Shown here piece after piece: positions 37,300-48,300 of a stretch of 64,000 nucleotides of DNA (within the stretch, counting starts at the first letter, position 1; every line of letters begins with the position of its first letter). This DNA comes from an uncultured Treponema sp. (lineage in GTDB: Bacteria; Spirochaetota; Spirochaetia; Treponematales; Treponemataceae): NCBI GenBank assembly GCA_946631855.1, contig CAMPAL010000002.1, positions 587 to 64,586 of the forward strand, written 5' to 3'. The position numbers and the translations under genes were made by a program. The notes under the pieces are model-generated. The model was not told where the DNA came from, ran no database searches, and saw nothing but the letters and a program-made list of their open reading frames with translations.

Positions 37300-40200
37300 T
37301 TAATCAAAGCTTGTGTCAATTGAAACATTTTTGAGCGCAATACCTGTATTTTCTGCAATGCCTACTCTTACATAAATATCTTTTACAGCTGTTGGTTTTC
37401 TACCAAATGAAACGCGCCATCTGTTTACTGTACTTTTACCAGGGTAACCTACAGCTGAGCCTTTACTAAAATCAGATATAAAAAACGCTGAAGTAATAGG
37501 CTGATTTGCATCTAATAAAACTGTATGAGGTTCTTCATCTGAAGTTGTACAAACTTGTAAAATAATATCTTTTAATGTACCGTCATTTTCATTTCGTTCA
37601 GGCGCTGAAGCCCAATCAAAATCAATAAAGAAACCGCAGAGATCATATATTTTTTCAAAACTTCGTTTGAATGTAACAAAACGATATTCTTTATTTTCTT
37701 TTGTAATTTGACCTTTATCTATGAATGACTCTGAATATTTATATTCTTCAAGCCCTGGCTGCATTAAAACAATTTTGCTTACATATTTTTCTTTTTCAGG
37801 CCATCTAAATGCGGGTACTCTTTCATTCTCCCACATCAGCTCTTTATAATAATCTGTTGATTTATTGTTTACGTAATTTCCTCCAAAACCCCTTGCATCA
37901 TCTTTATTAAAATCAGGGTAAAGACCGTAACCGCTTTCTACAATTTCAGGAGGCAATTCATTGTAAATGCGTATATTGCGTAAAAACAAAACAGTTGACC
38001 AAGGCGATGTAACCCCAAAATTTGTTACACGAGCTTCAACTTTTATATTTGCATCTTTTAGAGGTTGACTTGTCAAAACTTTCATATTGAATTTTACTTT
38101 CAAATCATAAACTCCAAGTTCTGCATCTGTACATGTTAAGATTTTACTATACATTTCAGGCTCTAAAGGCTCATCCCCATAAAACCCTCTTAATTCAACT
38201 TTTGCATCTAAATCAATCGCATTATATTTTGTAAAATTTTCAACGTTAAACGCAGAAACTATATTTACGCCTTTTGGTATAAAAGAATGACCAGCTGTTT
38301 TATTGTCACTCATCAATCCATTGATTGTGCTCAAGTTTGTATCTTTTTCTTCAGCAAAATCAATTTTATATTCATTCATTTTATAGAAAACTTTTTCGCT
38401 GAATTCAAATGAGTCTGTATCCCCTTCAAAAATCTCAGCTGGCTCTGTTACTTGAGGTGTTTTCTTTAAATTATATTGGCTGAATTTTATTGTATGTGTT
38501 GTTTCTAAACCGCTTTTACCTAAAGGTATTTGACCGGTAATTTCTGCACCATCCATTACAGTTGGAGCTCTAAAACCCATTCTGTATTTTTCATAAGGGT
38601 CAAAACGCTCAATATTGCATTTTTCTGTAATATTTTTATTGCCGTCAAAAACATCAATGTCACTCTTTGTACCACAATAAAAACAATGTTCCAAAGGTAA
38701 TTGATCATGAATGCCCTCTTGCTTGAAAGATACAAAACCTTTATCAGAATCCCACACTACTTTTGGTTTGTTTTTAAGAAAATCATCTAACTCACCCTCA
38801 TCAATCTCTATATACTCTTTTTGTTTTGCGGTTGTTTTTTCTTCATCAAGTACAACTTTTATAGTGCGTATTGAATTTGGATGATCAGGTGAAAGCTTTA
38901 ATAAAGATTCATTTATTAAACGTATTGCTTCTGCAAGTGAGAGATAAGAAAGTTTTAATAAACCTGTACCTCCATCATCAATTGACCACTCAGGGTTTTC
39001 TCCTCCTGAAACAACAGCTAATTGAGGTAATCTGCTATATACAGGATCTAAATATGCACGGTCAAGTTTTTGCCAAGGGTTTTCAATTCCGTTTATTTGT
39101 ATATATGATGCAGACTTTACTTTTAATTTTCTGTTATCTGTTAATCTTTGTCCAACTTCAATTCCTAAAATACTTGTTAAGATGTCATTATCTATATCTA
39201 TGACAACTCCCTCTTTATTAATTGTAAAGCCACCTAAAAATCCGTGAGGTAAATCTATTATTTCATCTGAATCTTCGTCTGAATCATCATCTGAATCATC
39301 TGTTGTATATATTTTCTTTGCAGGCTTATTATTTGTTACTGTAAAATCAAAATCCCCATTTGACTCAATTTCTAAATCATTTGAAAGGAATTTTACCGGC
39401 TTTGTAAAATCAATTCTTCTTGTATGCCCTCCCGAGAAAATTATCCAGTCGCCCGCAGTCCATTCAACTTCATCTTTTGAGTATTGAGGTTTTACAGGAT
39501 CATCTTCTGCATGAGATGAACTTACAATAAAAAACCATCCATTTTGTAAATCTGTATATTCATCATCTGAACCAAATTGAGTATTTACATCTGCAAAAGT
39601 TGGATATTCTCCTTCACTATCCTCAAAAGACCACATTCCAACAAATTCCAAACCTCCGTGAGCAACAGAGTCCGGTAATTGATCAATCGGCACTTTACCG
39701 TTTTTTAAATCAGCTTTTGCCCAATATAAATCAATTACAGCTTCTTCAACGTTTTTCGGTTTTTCAGTTCCTAAAACTGTATCCCCGTGCTCTCCATATA
39801 CTTTTTCAATTTGCGTTTTTATTGCATCAGGGTCTTTTAATTTAATCTCATCACTTGTAAAAAACCTGCATTGCAATTCGCCGTTTTTATTTATGAAAAT
39901 TGTATACTCTAAAGTATCAAGTAATAAATTGATTTCATTCTTTTCTTTATCATACCAAAACGGTTTTGGGGTTTTCGCATATACTCTTTGTTTGAATGAA
40001 GTATAAAATGGAATTGTAACTTCATCAGGGTAAACAGGCCGCCTAATTGCATCTGAGAATTTTGTTACATAAGAACTATCAATTTTTATATATTCCGGCA
40101 AGTTCTTTACATAATTTATTGCTGTTGTATTTATAATTGAATCTTCATCAGAATTCGTTGCGTTTAATGTTCTTATTGTACAACTACTTAAATTGAATTT

Positions 40201-41997
40201 TCCTCCATCTGTATTAAATTCATTTATAAAAGAACTATATGCATCTGTTTTACCTTCAGAACTTAATTCCCCTGAAATTGAAGAATTCATTACAGCAACA
40301 GACCCTTTATTTGTTACTTTCAAATTTATAATGTTACAGCCTTCAATTATCTCATTGCCGTCTACTTCCAAATCTTCAAATTTACTTGAAAGAATCGTTG
40401 CCGAAATTTCCCCATTTTTTACAACAACTTTTGTATTTATAAAGTCGCACATTTTTAATGCAACAAAATCTTCAATTAAAATATCACTGTCGACAAAAGT
40501 TAATTTTTCCAAACAAGAGTCTTTTGTCAAAATCAATTTTGCATTTTTAATTATTGTCTTTTTGCGACTTTCTCCTTCAAGTAAAATATTTTCAGGAATT
40601 CTATATTCAGTATTTGTATCTAAATATTCCCCTGAACGTAAATATAGATGATCACCAGTCTTTGCATTCAAAGCATCTCTAAAAAAGCTTTTTTCTTTAT
40701 TATAAACTACATAATCAGAACTGCGAATATTTACAGATGTATCATTTGCAGCAATTACAAAATCAACTGTTCTTGGCCCGTAATATTGAGGTGTAATATG
40801 ATCTGAATATGAATTAAAAGATTCCAATTTTAAGTGAGGAGGAAGTTTAATCATATCAACAAAAACAGGTACCTTCAAATCAATATGTTTTTCTTCTCTT
40901 GGGTAATATAATTCAAAATCTAAAGTTTTGTTGTCTTTGACTAAAAGTGCGGCTGAAATATCATTGGATTCTCTTATCTTTACTTCATAATCACCTGGCA
41001 ATCCCTGTACAATTAAAAAACCCTCTTCAGTATCTACTTTTGAAATGTTTGTTTTTGGCAAGCCTGTTTCATCACTAAAATCATTTACAACTTGAATTTT
41101 AACCGAAGTACTTTTTACTGTTTCACTTACAAATAAAACTTTCAACCCGTTTTCAGCATCACCTGTTTTATGAGAAAGCAAATATGCAACTTGATTATTG
41201 CTGTTATCATCAAAACCTTTTAATGGGTCTAAAGTGTTGCTATCTATTGCATTTGAAAGAATATTATATTGAAGTGCAATACCCTGGGAATTATCATTAC
41301 CTCCAAATCTATAATTCTTAAAGAAACCCTTTTCGATAGAATCTAATCTTGAATCTACTTTTTCAGTAAAAGTTGTAACGGGGTTTCCTTTATTAAAAAT
41401 AACATCTTTTACATCTAAAGAAACAACTTCAATATAGTGTCTTTCGCCTACAGGTCCAATATATTGATAAAAAGAAAGAGTTGGAGGATTTTCCGCGTTT
41501 ATACCTTCAGGTACTCCATTATTAAAAGTCAACAAACTTGAATTTGTATCTACAATCCAATCATTCATTCCAAAAGGAATTACATTTCCGTTAGAGTCTT
41601 TTAATTCATAATTGTATAAACCCGTATCACTATAATCAAAAGGAATAATATTTTTTATTTGATTCCCTTCTTCATCCAAAATAACAAAAGCATGATTGCA
41701 GTTCGGCGAAATTGCTGAAAGTTTTAAATCTGTTATTTTTCTTAAAATTGGCAGACTTTTGAAAGAGCTTTCTTCATAAAAAAGAGTATCATTTGTTGTA
41801 TCTAATGAGCTAACTTCTTCATAAAATTTATCACCCTTTTTTATCGGGAGTAAATCTCCATAGGTTAAAACAGAATTCGTTGAAATATTATTAAACGCAT
41901 GATATAATTCTTCAAAAGTTTCCCTTTTTGAATGTGTCGATCCAAATCCTTTATAATTTTTCCAAAGTGTACTTGTTTTATCAATATCTGTAAGCAT
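37300..41997 (-). CDS. large virion (tail/baseplate/fiber) protein, putative
   Basis: 1565 aa; beta-helix-like region (LYLRSGEY..LLEGESRKKTII), ADLKNGKVPIDQLP and GMWS..PT..GDWII motifs seen in phage tail proteins. Confidence 0.6.
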   Translation of the reverse strand: MLTDIDKTSTLWKNYKGFGSTHSKRETFEELYHAFNNISTNSVLTYGDLLPIKKGDKFYEEVSSLDTTNDTLFYEESSFKSLPILRKITDLKLSAISPNCNHAFVILDEEGNQIKNIIPFDYSDTGLYNYELKDSNGNVIPFGMNDWIVDTNSSLLTFNNGVPEGINAENPPTLSFYQYIGPVGERHYIEVVSLDVKDVIFNKGNPVTTFTEKVDSRLDSIEKGFFKNYRFGGNDNSQGIALQYNILSNAIDSNTLDPLKGFDDNSNNQVAYLLSHKTGDAENGLKVLFVSETVKSTSVKIQVVNDFSDETGLPKTNISKVDTEEGFLIVQGLPGDYEVKIRESNDISAALLVKDNKTLDFELYYPREEKHIDLKVPVFVDMIKLPPHLKLESFNSYSDHITPQYYGPRTVDFVIAANDTSVNIRSSDYVVYNKEKSFFRDALNAKTGDHLYLRSGEYLDTNTEYRIPENILLEGESRKKTIIKNAKLILTKDSCLEKLTFVDSDILIEDFVALKMCDFINTKVVVKNGEISATILSSKFEDLEVDGNEIIEGCNIINLKVTNKGSVAVMNSSISGELSSEGKTDAYSSFINEFNTDGGKFNLSSCTIRTLNATNSDEDSIINTTAINYVKNLPEYIKIDSSYVTKFSDAIRRPVYPDEVTIPFYTSFKQRVYAKTPKPFWYDKEKNEINLLLDTLEYTIFINKNGELQCRFFTSDEIKLKDPDAIKTQIEKVYGEHGDTVLGTEKPKNVEEAVIDLYWAKADLKNGKVPIDQLPDSVAHGGLEFVGMWSFEDSEGEYPTFADVNTQFGSDDEYTDLQNGWFFIVSSSHAEDDPVKPQYSKDEVEWTAGDWIIFSGGHTRRIDFTKPVKFLSNDLEIESNGDFDFTVTNNKPAKKIYTTDDSDDDSDEDSDEIIDLPHGFLGGFTINKEGVVIDIDNDILTSILGIEVGQRLTDNRKLKVKSASYIQINGIENPWQKLDRAYLDPVYSRLPQLAVVSGGENPEWSIDDGGTGLLKLSYLSLAEAIRLINESLLKLSPDHPNSIRTIKVVLDEEKTTAKQKEYIEIDEGELDDFLKNKPKVVWDSDKGFVSFKQEGIHDQLPLEHCFYCGTKSDIDVFDGNKNITEKCNIERFDPYEKYRMGFRAPTVMDGAEITGQIPLGKSGLETTHTIKFSQYNLKKTPQVTEPAEIFEGDTDSFEFSEKVFYKMNEYKIDFAEEKDTNLSTINGLMSDNKTAGHSFIPKGVNIVSAFNVENFTKYNAIDLDAKVELRGFYGDEPLEPEMYSKILTCTDAELGVYDLKVKFNMKVLTSQPLKDANIKVEARVTNFGVTSPWSTVLFLRNIRIYNELPPEIVESGYGLYPDFNKDDARGFGGNYVNNKSTDYYKELMWENERVPAFRWPEKEKYVSKIVLMQPGLEEYKYSESFIDKGQITKENKEYRFVTFKRSFEKIYDLCGFFIDFDWASAPERNENDGTLKDIILQVCTTSDEEPHTVLLDANQPITSAFFISDFSKGSAVGYPGKSTVNRWRVSFGRKPTAVKDIYVRVGIAENTGIALKNVSIDTSFD

Positions 41998-42021
41998 GTA
42001 AAAATTAGTTTCGTTTTTTTG

Positions 42022-43199
42022 AATGTATCACGAGTTAGAAAAACATGTTATACATTAAAACAGCGCTAAGGCTTTATAAAATAAAGAAATGGAAATGAAT
42101 GTACAACGAGTTAGGATTATTAAACTCTTTTAAAAACCTTTTCAAAATTTTAAAATATAATATAAAAACCAGTAACTCGTGATACATTTAATTCTTTTAA
42201 CCTTCTATATTATACGTAAGGCAGAGGAGAAATTACTCTGCTTTTTTATTGCTCAATTAAATGTACGACGAGTTTCAATAACATATGATACATTAAAAGC
42301 CGGCTAAAGCCTTATAAAATAAAGAAAAGAGAGATAAATGTATCACGAGTTATCTTTTTTAAAATCTTTTAAAAAGTTTTTTGATTTTTTAAATATATAA
42401 TTGAAAAACTCTAACATGTGATACATTTATTTTCTCTAATGTATGACGAGTTGATAAAAATATGATACATTAAAAAGGTGTTAAGGTGTTATAGAATAAA
42501 GAAATAGAATTAAATGTACAACGAGATAGGTTTTTAAAACTTTTTAAAAAAGTTTTCTAAAATTTTAAAATATAATATAAAACCTCTTATCTCGTTGTAC
42601 ATTCACTTTTTTATTTCTTTTGAGAAGCTATAAAAATTAAATGTATAACAGGTTATGATAACTCGTTATACATTAAAATTGAGGTAAAGTCTTACAAAAT
42701 AAGGAAATGCGAATAAATGTATCACGAGTTAACTTTTATAAACTTTTTTAAAAACTTTTTCTAAATTTTAAAATATAAATAGAAACCCTCTAACTCGTTA
42801 TACATTCAATTCTTTTATTCTTTTTGAGGGTAAATGTATATATATATTATATATAATAACCCCCTCTTTTTTTTATCTTTTATATAATACAAATCCTAAC
42901 CTAAAAATTGATAAATTAAAAAGCTGAATGTATGACGAGATAGGATTTTTAATCTTTTTTAAAAAGGTTTTTGAAATTTTAAAATATAAATAAAAACCCC
43001 TAACATGTTATACATTCATTTCTTTTGATTTCAATGTATAACAAGTTATAGTAACATATGATACAATAAAAGAGAGATAACCCTTTATAAAATAAGGGAA
43101 TAAAGTTAAATGTACAACGAGTTATGTTTTATAAACATTTTTAAAAAGTTTTTTAATTTTTTAAAATATAATATAAACCCGACTAACTCGTTATACATT
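42022..43199. repeat. non-coding array 2 of the same inverted-repeat module
   Basis: full modules at 42022, 42260, 42438, 42640, 43033 plus a half module at 42927; long pair spans 91 bp (90 in the half module); same orientation as array 1. Confidence 0.95.
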
Positions 43200-43256
43200 C
43201 ATTTCTTTTTGATTCTTTAGGGCTTCAATCTCTTCAATCCTCTATATTTTTTCTAT

Positions 43257-43865
43257 ATGGATTTTAGGCAAGATCAAATTCTTTTAGAAAAGAGTCCAAG
43301 TTTGATTCAATATTTTGAAAATCAAATCAATCTCATTAAAAGCGAAGAAATTAAACAACTTTTGATTTCTTTTTTGGGGAATATTCCAAAATATAAAATG
43401 GAAAAACCAACTTCAGGCTCCGGAAAATATCATCCGTTTTGGCAAAATGATTATGCAGGAAATGGAATACATACAAAAAATGTGATAAAAATACTTCAAG
43501 TTTTTGAAAGAGCTTTTCCTAATCTAAGATGGGATGAAATATATTGCGCGGCGATTCTACATGATATTGAAAAATGGGAAAATTCAGAAATTGATCATAC
43601 AACAAATAAACACCCGAAATTAGCTGCAGAAAAATTCAAAACTTTTTGCAAAGAGAAAAAAATTCCAAAAAAGTTTTATAAATTCGTTTGTCATTTAATT
43701 ATGTGGCATGATGGGCGTTTTAATTTCACTTATGCAGACAAAGAAAAAATCAAGGCAAATTATACAAAAGGACTCAAAAAGAAAATGAAATATACAGAGG
43801 CTTTTATACTTCATTCGGCTGATATGATTTCGAGTTCTAGAGATTTATGGGAGTCCTATATTTAA
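43257..43865 (+). CDS. HD-domain phosphohydrolase
   Basis: SGSGKYHP, IHTKNV, ILHDIEK, WHDG, LHSADM. Confidence 0.85.
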   Translation: MDFRQDQILLEKSPSLIQYFENQINLIKSEEIKQLLISFLGNIPKYKMEKPTSGSGKYHPFWQNDYAGNGIHTKNVIKILQVFERAFPNLRWDEIYCAAILHDIEKWENSEIDHTTNKHPKLAAEKFKTFCKEKKIPKKFYKFVCHLIMWHDGRFNFTYADKEKIKANYTKGLKKKMKYTEAFILHSADMISSSRDLWESYI

Positions 43866-43882
43866 GAGAAAAAGGAGACTGT

Positions 43883-45085
43883 ATGAAATTTGAAATAGAA
43901 AATAAATCCTTGAGAGATTCAAATATTTCTTTCAAAATCGAATTTGAAGTAGATGATACAATGTACAACCAGGCAGTAAATGCAACTTCAAAAATCGCAG
44001 ACAAAACAATTACAACAAATGATGTAAAAGATTGGATAAATCAAGCGTTAAGGGGAAATATTCAGATTCAGGTTTTCGAAAAAGAAAATGAAGATCCCGT
44101 TGGACTGTTTATAATTTCTCCGAAGTTTTTCAGAGAGGAAATAAAAGCGAGAATTCTCTTTACAAAAGGAGAACTTGCAAGAACAATTATTTCTGAAATT
44201 GAAATTGCGGTTGCAAAAAGAATTTCAGCAGACGCAAAAAAGATCAATCCTGAAGTTAAAAAAGAATCTCCAAAAGAGGAAAACCCAATTCCAGATAAAT
44301 TCTCAAGAGAAATTGAGCTTGAAGGTGGAACATTTTCTTTGAAAATCCACTGCCTTTTGGAAATTGATAAAAACAAATGGGCAAATCATTATAATGAATC
44401 AAGAGCTTTGTTTGAGGAAAATCCTTTAAATCTTTTGGCAGCAATTATTCATAATTCCACTTATAATTTCCATTATAAAGGAATTGGAACTGAAATCAAT
44501 TTGAAGAGAGTTTTTAATAACGTTTTTGTGAATCAGATTTGTTCTTCAGTAGATGTTTTGCCAGTATCTTCAGAAGCAATTAAAGATGCTTTGAATGATA
44601 TGCAAGAAAGCATTCTTGATGAAATTGAGGGATTTTTGCCTGAGAAAGAAGAAGTTATAAAATTCAAACCTTTTGAAATGGAACAAGGTGCTCTTCGTTT
44701 TACTTTTTACAATATAAATTTGAATGCAAAAGTTTTGAAAAACAAAGAAAACAAGACAATACTTCAACTTTTGGATGAAGGCCTTTTAAAGTATGCAGAA
44801 GTAAACATGCAGGATTTTTGGAGTGGTAAATATTCAAAACAGTTGGTTTTGAAAAACATTGACGGTCCAACTTTTGCAAAAACTTTTAGAAACATTTTGA
44901 GTTATTATGAATTGGATACTCAGGAATTTATAAACAAATTCGGAGAGGTATTTGGAGTAAAAGCAGAAAAACCTCAAAATAAAGTAAAATTCCTTTTGGA
45001 AAAGATGGCAGAAAATAGGCATAAACCTTTGTTTTTTCAGTTTTACAATGAACTTAAAAAAGAACTTAATTTGAACGAGGATTAA
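43883..45085 (+). CDS. hypothetical protein
   Basis: MKFEIENK start after AAGGAG, about 400 aa. Confidence 0.7.
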   Translation: MKFEIENKSLRDSNISFKIEFEVDDTMYNQAVNATSKIADKTITTNDVKDWINQALRGNIQIQVFEKENEDPVGLFIISPKFFREEIKARILFTKGELARTIISEIEIAVAKRISADAKKINPEVKKESPKEENPIPDKFSREIELEGGTFSLKIHCLLEIDKNKWANHYNESRALFEENPLNLLAAIIHNSTYNFHYKGIGTEINLKRVFNNVFVNQICSSVDVLPVSSEAIKDALNDMQESILDEIEGFLPEKEEVIKFKPFEMEQGALRFTFYNINLNAKVLKNKENKTILQLLDEGLLKYAEVNMQDFWSGKYSKQLVLKNIDGPTFAKTFRNILSYYELDTQEFINKFGEVFGVKAEKPQNKVKFLLEKMAENRHKPLFFQFYNELKKELNLNED

Positions 45086-45091
45086 AATTAT

Positions 45092-45310
45092 ATGATGATT
45101 GTTTATGAATGCCCAAAATGCAAAAGCAAAAGGGTACTCTCAAGTATACAAGAAAAGGTTTTATGTAAAAAATGCGAATCTGAAATGTCTTTGAAAAAAG
45201 ACAATATACATTCAGATTCCTTAACTACAGAAGAATCCCGCTTTATAGCAGATGAAGCAATGTATAATACTTTGGGAGATAGAACAACAGGTTTGTTTAG
45301 AAGTCATTAG
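45092..45310 (+). CDS. zinc-ribbon protein
   Basis: YECPKC...CKKC. Confidence 0.65.
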   Translation: MMIVYECPKCKSKRVLSSIQEKVLCKKCESEMSLKKDNIHSDSLTTEESRFIADEAMYNTLGDRTTGLFRSH

Positions 45311-45341
45311 AAAAAACACAAGCCCTGAACTAAATTAAGAT

Positions 45342-48300
45342 ATGTACAGAATAGAAGATATTTTGGAAGTATCGAAAATACAAAGACAGGGCTTTGATAA
45401 TTTTACAAAAGTACACACAGATACAAAGGGAAACGCAACTGTAACCGAGTATGAAATTTTAACAGAAAAGAATATTCCAACTTCTTTTAAAACTGCGTCT
45501 CAACTCGGATATATTGCAAGAAACGAAGTAAAGAACGAAGATATACCGGAACAATCAGCGAGTACATTAGGTACAATGATGTCTCCTCCAAGCGATAGGT
45601 ATACTACAATAATAACTGAAGAAGGTCAGGATGTTGCTGACCAAATAAGTAATCTCGCGACAAAACAATTCATTCAACAATTTTATGAAACATATATGGT
45701 ACCTGTTGGACAAATGGATGTTTACAATCGTCTTGGAACAATTTCAGGAGTAATTGAAGATATTCACATGCTTTATCCAAAAGGCCTTCCTGGATTGATT
45801 GGGTCTGATTTAAGAGGATCCTGGCGTACAAATTTAAATTACGAATTCAAAGTAAACGAAGGCGTAAAAAATTCAAAAGGAAACGATATTCAATATAAAT
45901 ACAGTTCTCTTTCCTTTCCTCCTTTTATTTCCCATGAAGTTGCGGATGCAGCTGATTTTGGATTAGATGATGCAGAAGGAAATCAAGCACATGGTGAATT
46001 TGATATGGAAAATATTCTGTACAAAAGAAATGTTGGTACATATAGATTCCCTGCATTCAAACAAGTAAATGATAATATAAGAATTTTACAATATTTTTTA
46101 AATAGATGTTTTGGGATTGAATCAACATATTTAAGTGAATGGGATTTGTCAATGTATATGCAGGAAGGACTTTGTTCTTTTACTGAATATAAAAGCGATG
46201 ATGGAAAAGAAACTTTGAGAGTTCCAGAATATGTAACAACCTTAACATATGGATTGTTAGAAGATGCACCGATTGAAGAATTAAAAAAACAAGCTGAAAA
46301 TAGCGCAAGTTCAGTTTCTTTTGATATAAGCAAAATTACACCTTTTGCTTCAATAAACATGGCAGTTTCTTCTCGTTATGGAATTGATAATGAACCTCAA
46401 GGATCTCAATGCAATGAGCAGATGTATAATATAAATCAATTCCCTCTTTCAACATATTGGTACCCTTTTGATGACGGTACAAATGATGATGAAATGAATC
46501 TTCCAAGGTATATAAAGAGAATGCTTGGGTTTGAGGATAACGGATTAGCTTATGCAAATAGTATACCTGATGGAGTTGATGGTCCAAAACCGATGTCAGA
46601 GGGGTTAAATCCTTCGAATAGAAATTACACTGGAAAATTATTTTACGGAGGGGATTTAGCAAATTCGACAAAAAGCTTTTTATATATTTTAAATTATTTT
46701 GATTGCCGCAAAGCTTTAATGAGTGGATGGCTTGGAGTTGATGAAACCGGAAAGCAACTTTTAAGAGATTCAGATACAACAAATCATAATTATAAATCAA
46801 ACGCATTCTCTTATTTGCCTTATTGGAGACTTTTTTATTCTTCAGAAGGGGATGGAATGGATGACTTAGATTTGTATCATCAAGAAATAATTGCATCCGG
46901 TCAAGAAACAAGTATAATAAATGCTGCACAAAAGATTTTGGATATAAAAGCTGGAGATAATGAACAGTTTCAAGAATATTGCGAAAGCAAAAGAAAAGAG
47001 AATTTAGAGAAAAAATACCCGGGTACAAGATTTGACGATGATATTCCTTTCAACATGACTTTACCTAATAACCCAGGTGAAGATAATTACAGTGATATGT
47101 CTTTCAAAATCGCGGGTTGTAAACTTAAAATTCCTGGCTCAAAGCTTTTGAATATGTTTTTGAATAAAAACAAGTCTGCGAAAAAAGCCCAAGGAATGGC
47201 AGGTTCAATTTCTATAGATGGAACTTCAAATGGGAATAGCAAATCTCCAACTGGTATTTTGGCAAATGCAAAACCAACAGTAAAAGGTGAAAAGAAAACA
47301 ATTTATGTAAACGGAGTTCCTCAAGATGTTGAAGAATATTACCCTGATAATGATGATGATTTTTCAGACAAAAAAACTGTTGGAGATGGTTTAATTGAAT
47401 CAAGCCCATTTCTTTTTGGAGGGCCTCACGGAAAATATTTTTCTCCTTTAACAGTTGAAGGATATACTCAAGCATTAAATGAAAACTTGACGACAATCCC
47501 AACTATGGATGTTTGGTCAATGTTTTACGGTGGAATTTATAATAATTTAAGAGGATTTGAATTTACAAAGAACTTCAAAAACAGTGGTTCTTATATAGAT
47601 TTGGTAACAGCTGTAACTCCAAATGAAAGAGAAGCTGTATGCAATGCATCTCAACAATTTGGAGTAAAATTCAAATCAAATACAGAAGTAAAAGTTGTTT
47701 ATAAATCAAATTATTTTTACCCAAAATATATTGCCTCAAGTAATGAGTATATAAGTAATTGGGGAATTTTTAAAATCCCTGATTTTAGATATTACAAAAC
47801 ATTCAAAAGAAGAGTTTCCAGTGGTTGGAGAAATAGGTTTAGTTTTTGGGACTGGGATTGGGTTTTCTGGGCAAGGAGATATTGGCAAGCGAATTACTCA
47901 TCAACAAGGATGGAAACACGCATGGAAGATGATGTTCCATTCCAAAAGGATGACGATCATACAGATTTTAAATTGATTCCTGTAATAGATAAATTTGCTC
48001 AAGGGCATGCATCTTCAGATTCAGAAATAAGAACACATATAAAACATGATGATAAAAAGTATAAAGATCCTGAGTATTACAAAGAGAAGGGAGAAGTTTC
48101 TGCATATGTAAAATATTTGGTAACTCCTCACGATTCAAATACAATGTGTGGACAAGCAACATTGAATTATGGTTTAAAATTACCGTATAGGCATTATTCT
48201 TCTTATTTTGTAAAAGGGAGTGAATGGAATACAAAACTTGAAAAACTTTATCAAAGCGGTTATAGAAATATTTGGTGTACTTTGCCAATTACAGGAAAGT

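Noticed and set aside
42022-43199. MITE or insertion-sequence interpretation of the modules
   Set aside because: No target-site duplications or transposase seen; modules are clustered in tandem with fixed internal spacing.
46336-47028. Antisense and alternate-frame ORFs in the track (e.g. 527-835, 13515-14066, 16335-16874, 40193-40651, 46336-47028, 62950-63747)
   Set aside because: They shadow longer genes with recognisable motifs and have F/S/L-rich antisense composition without RBS.
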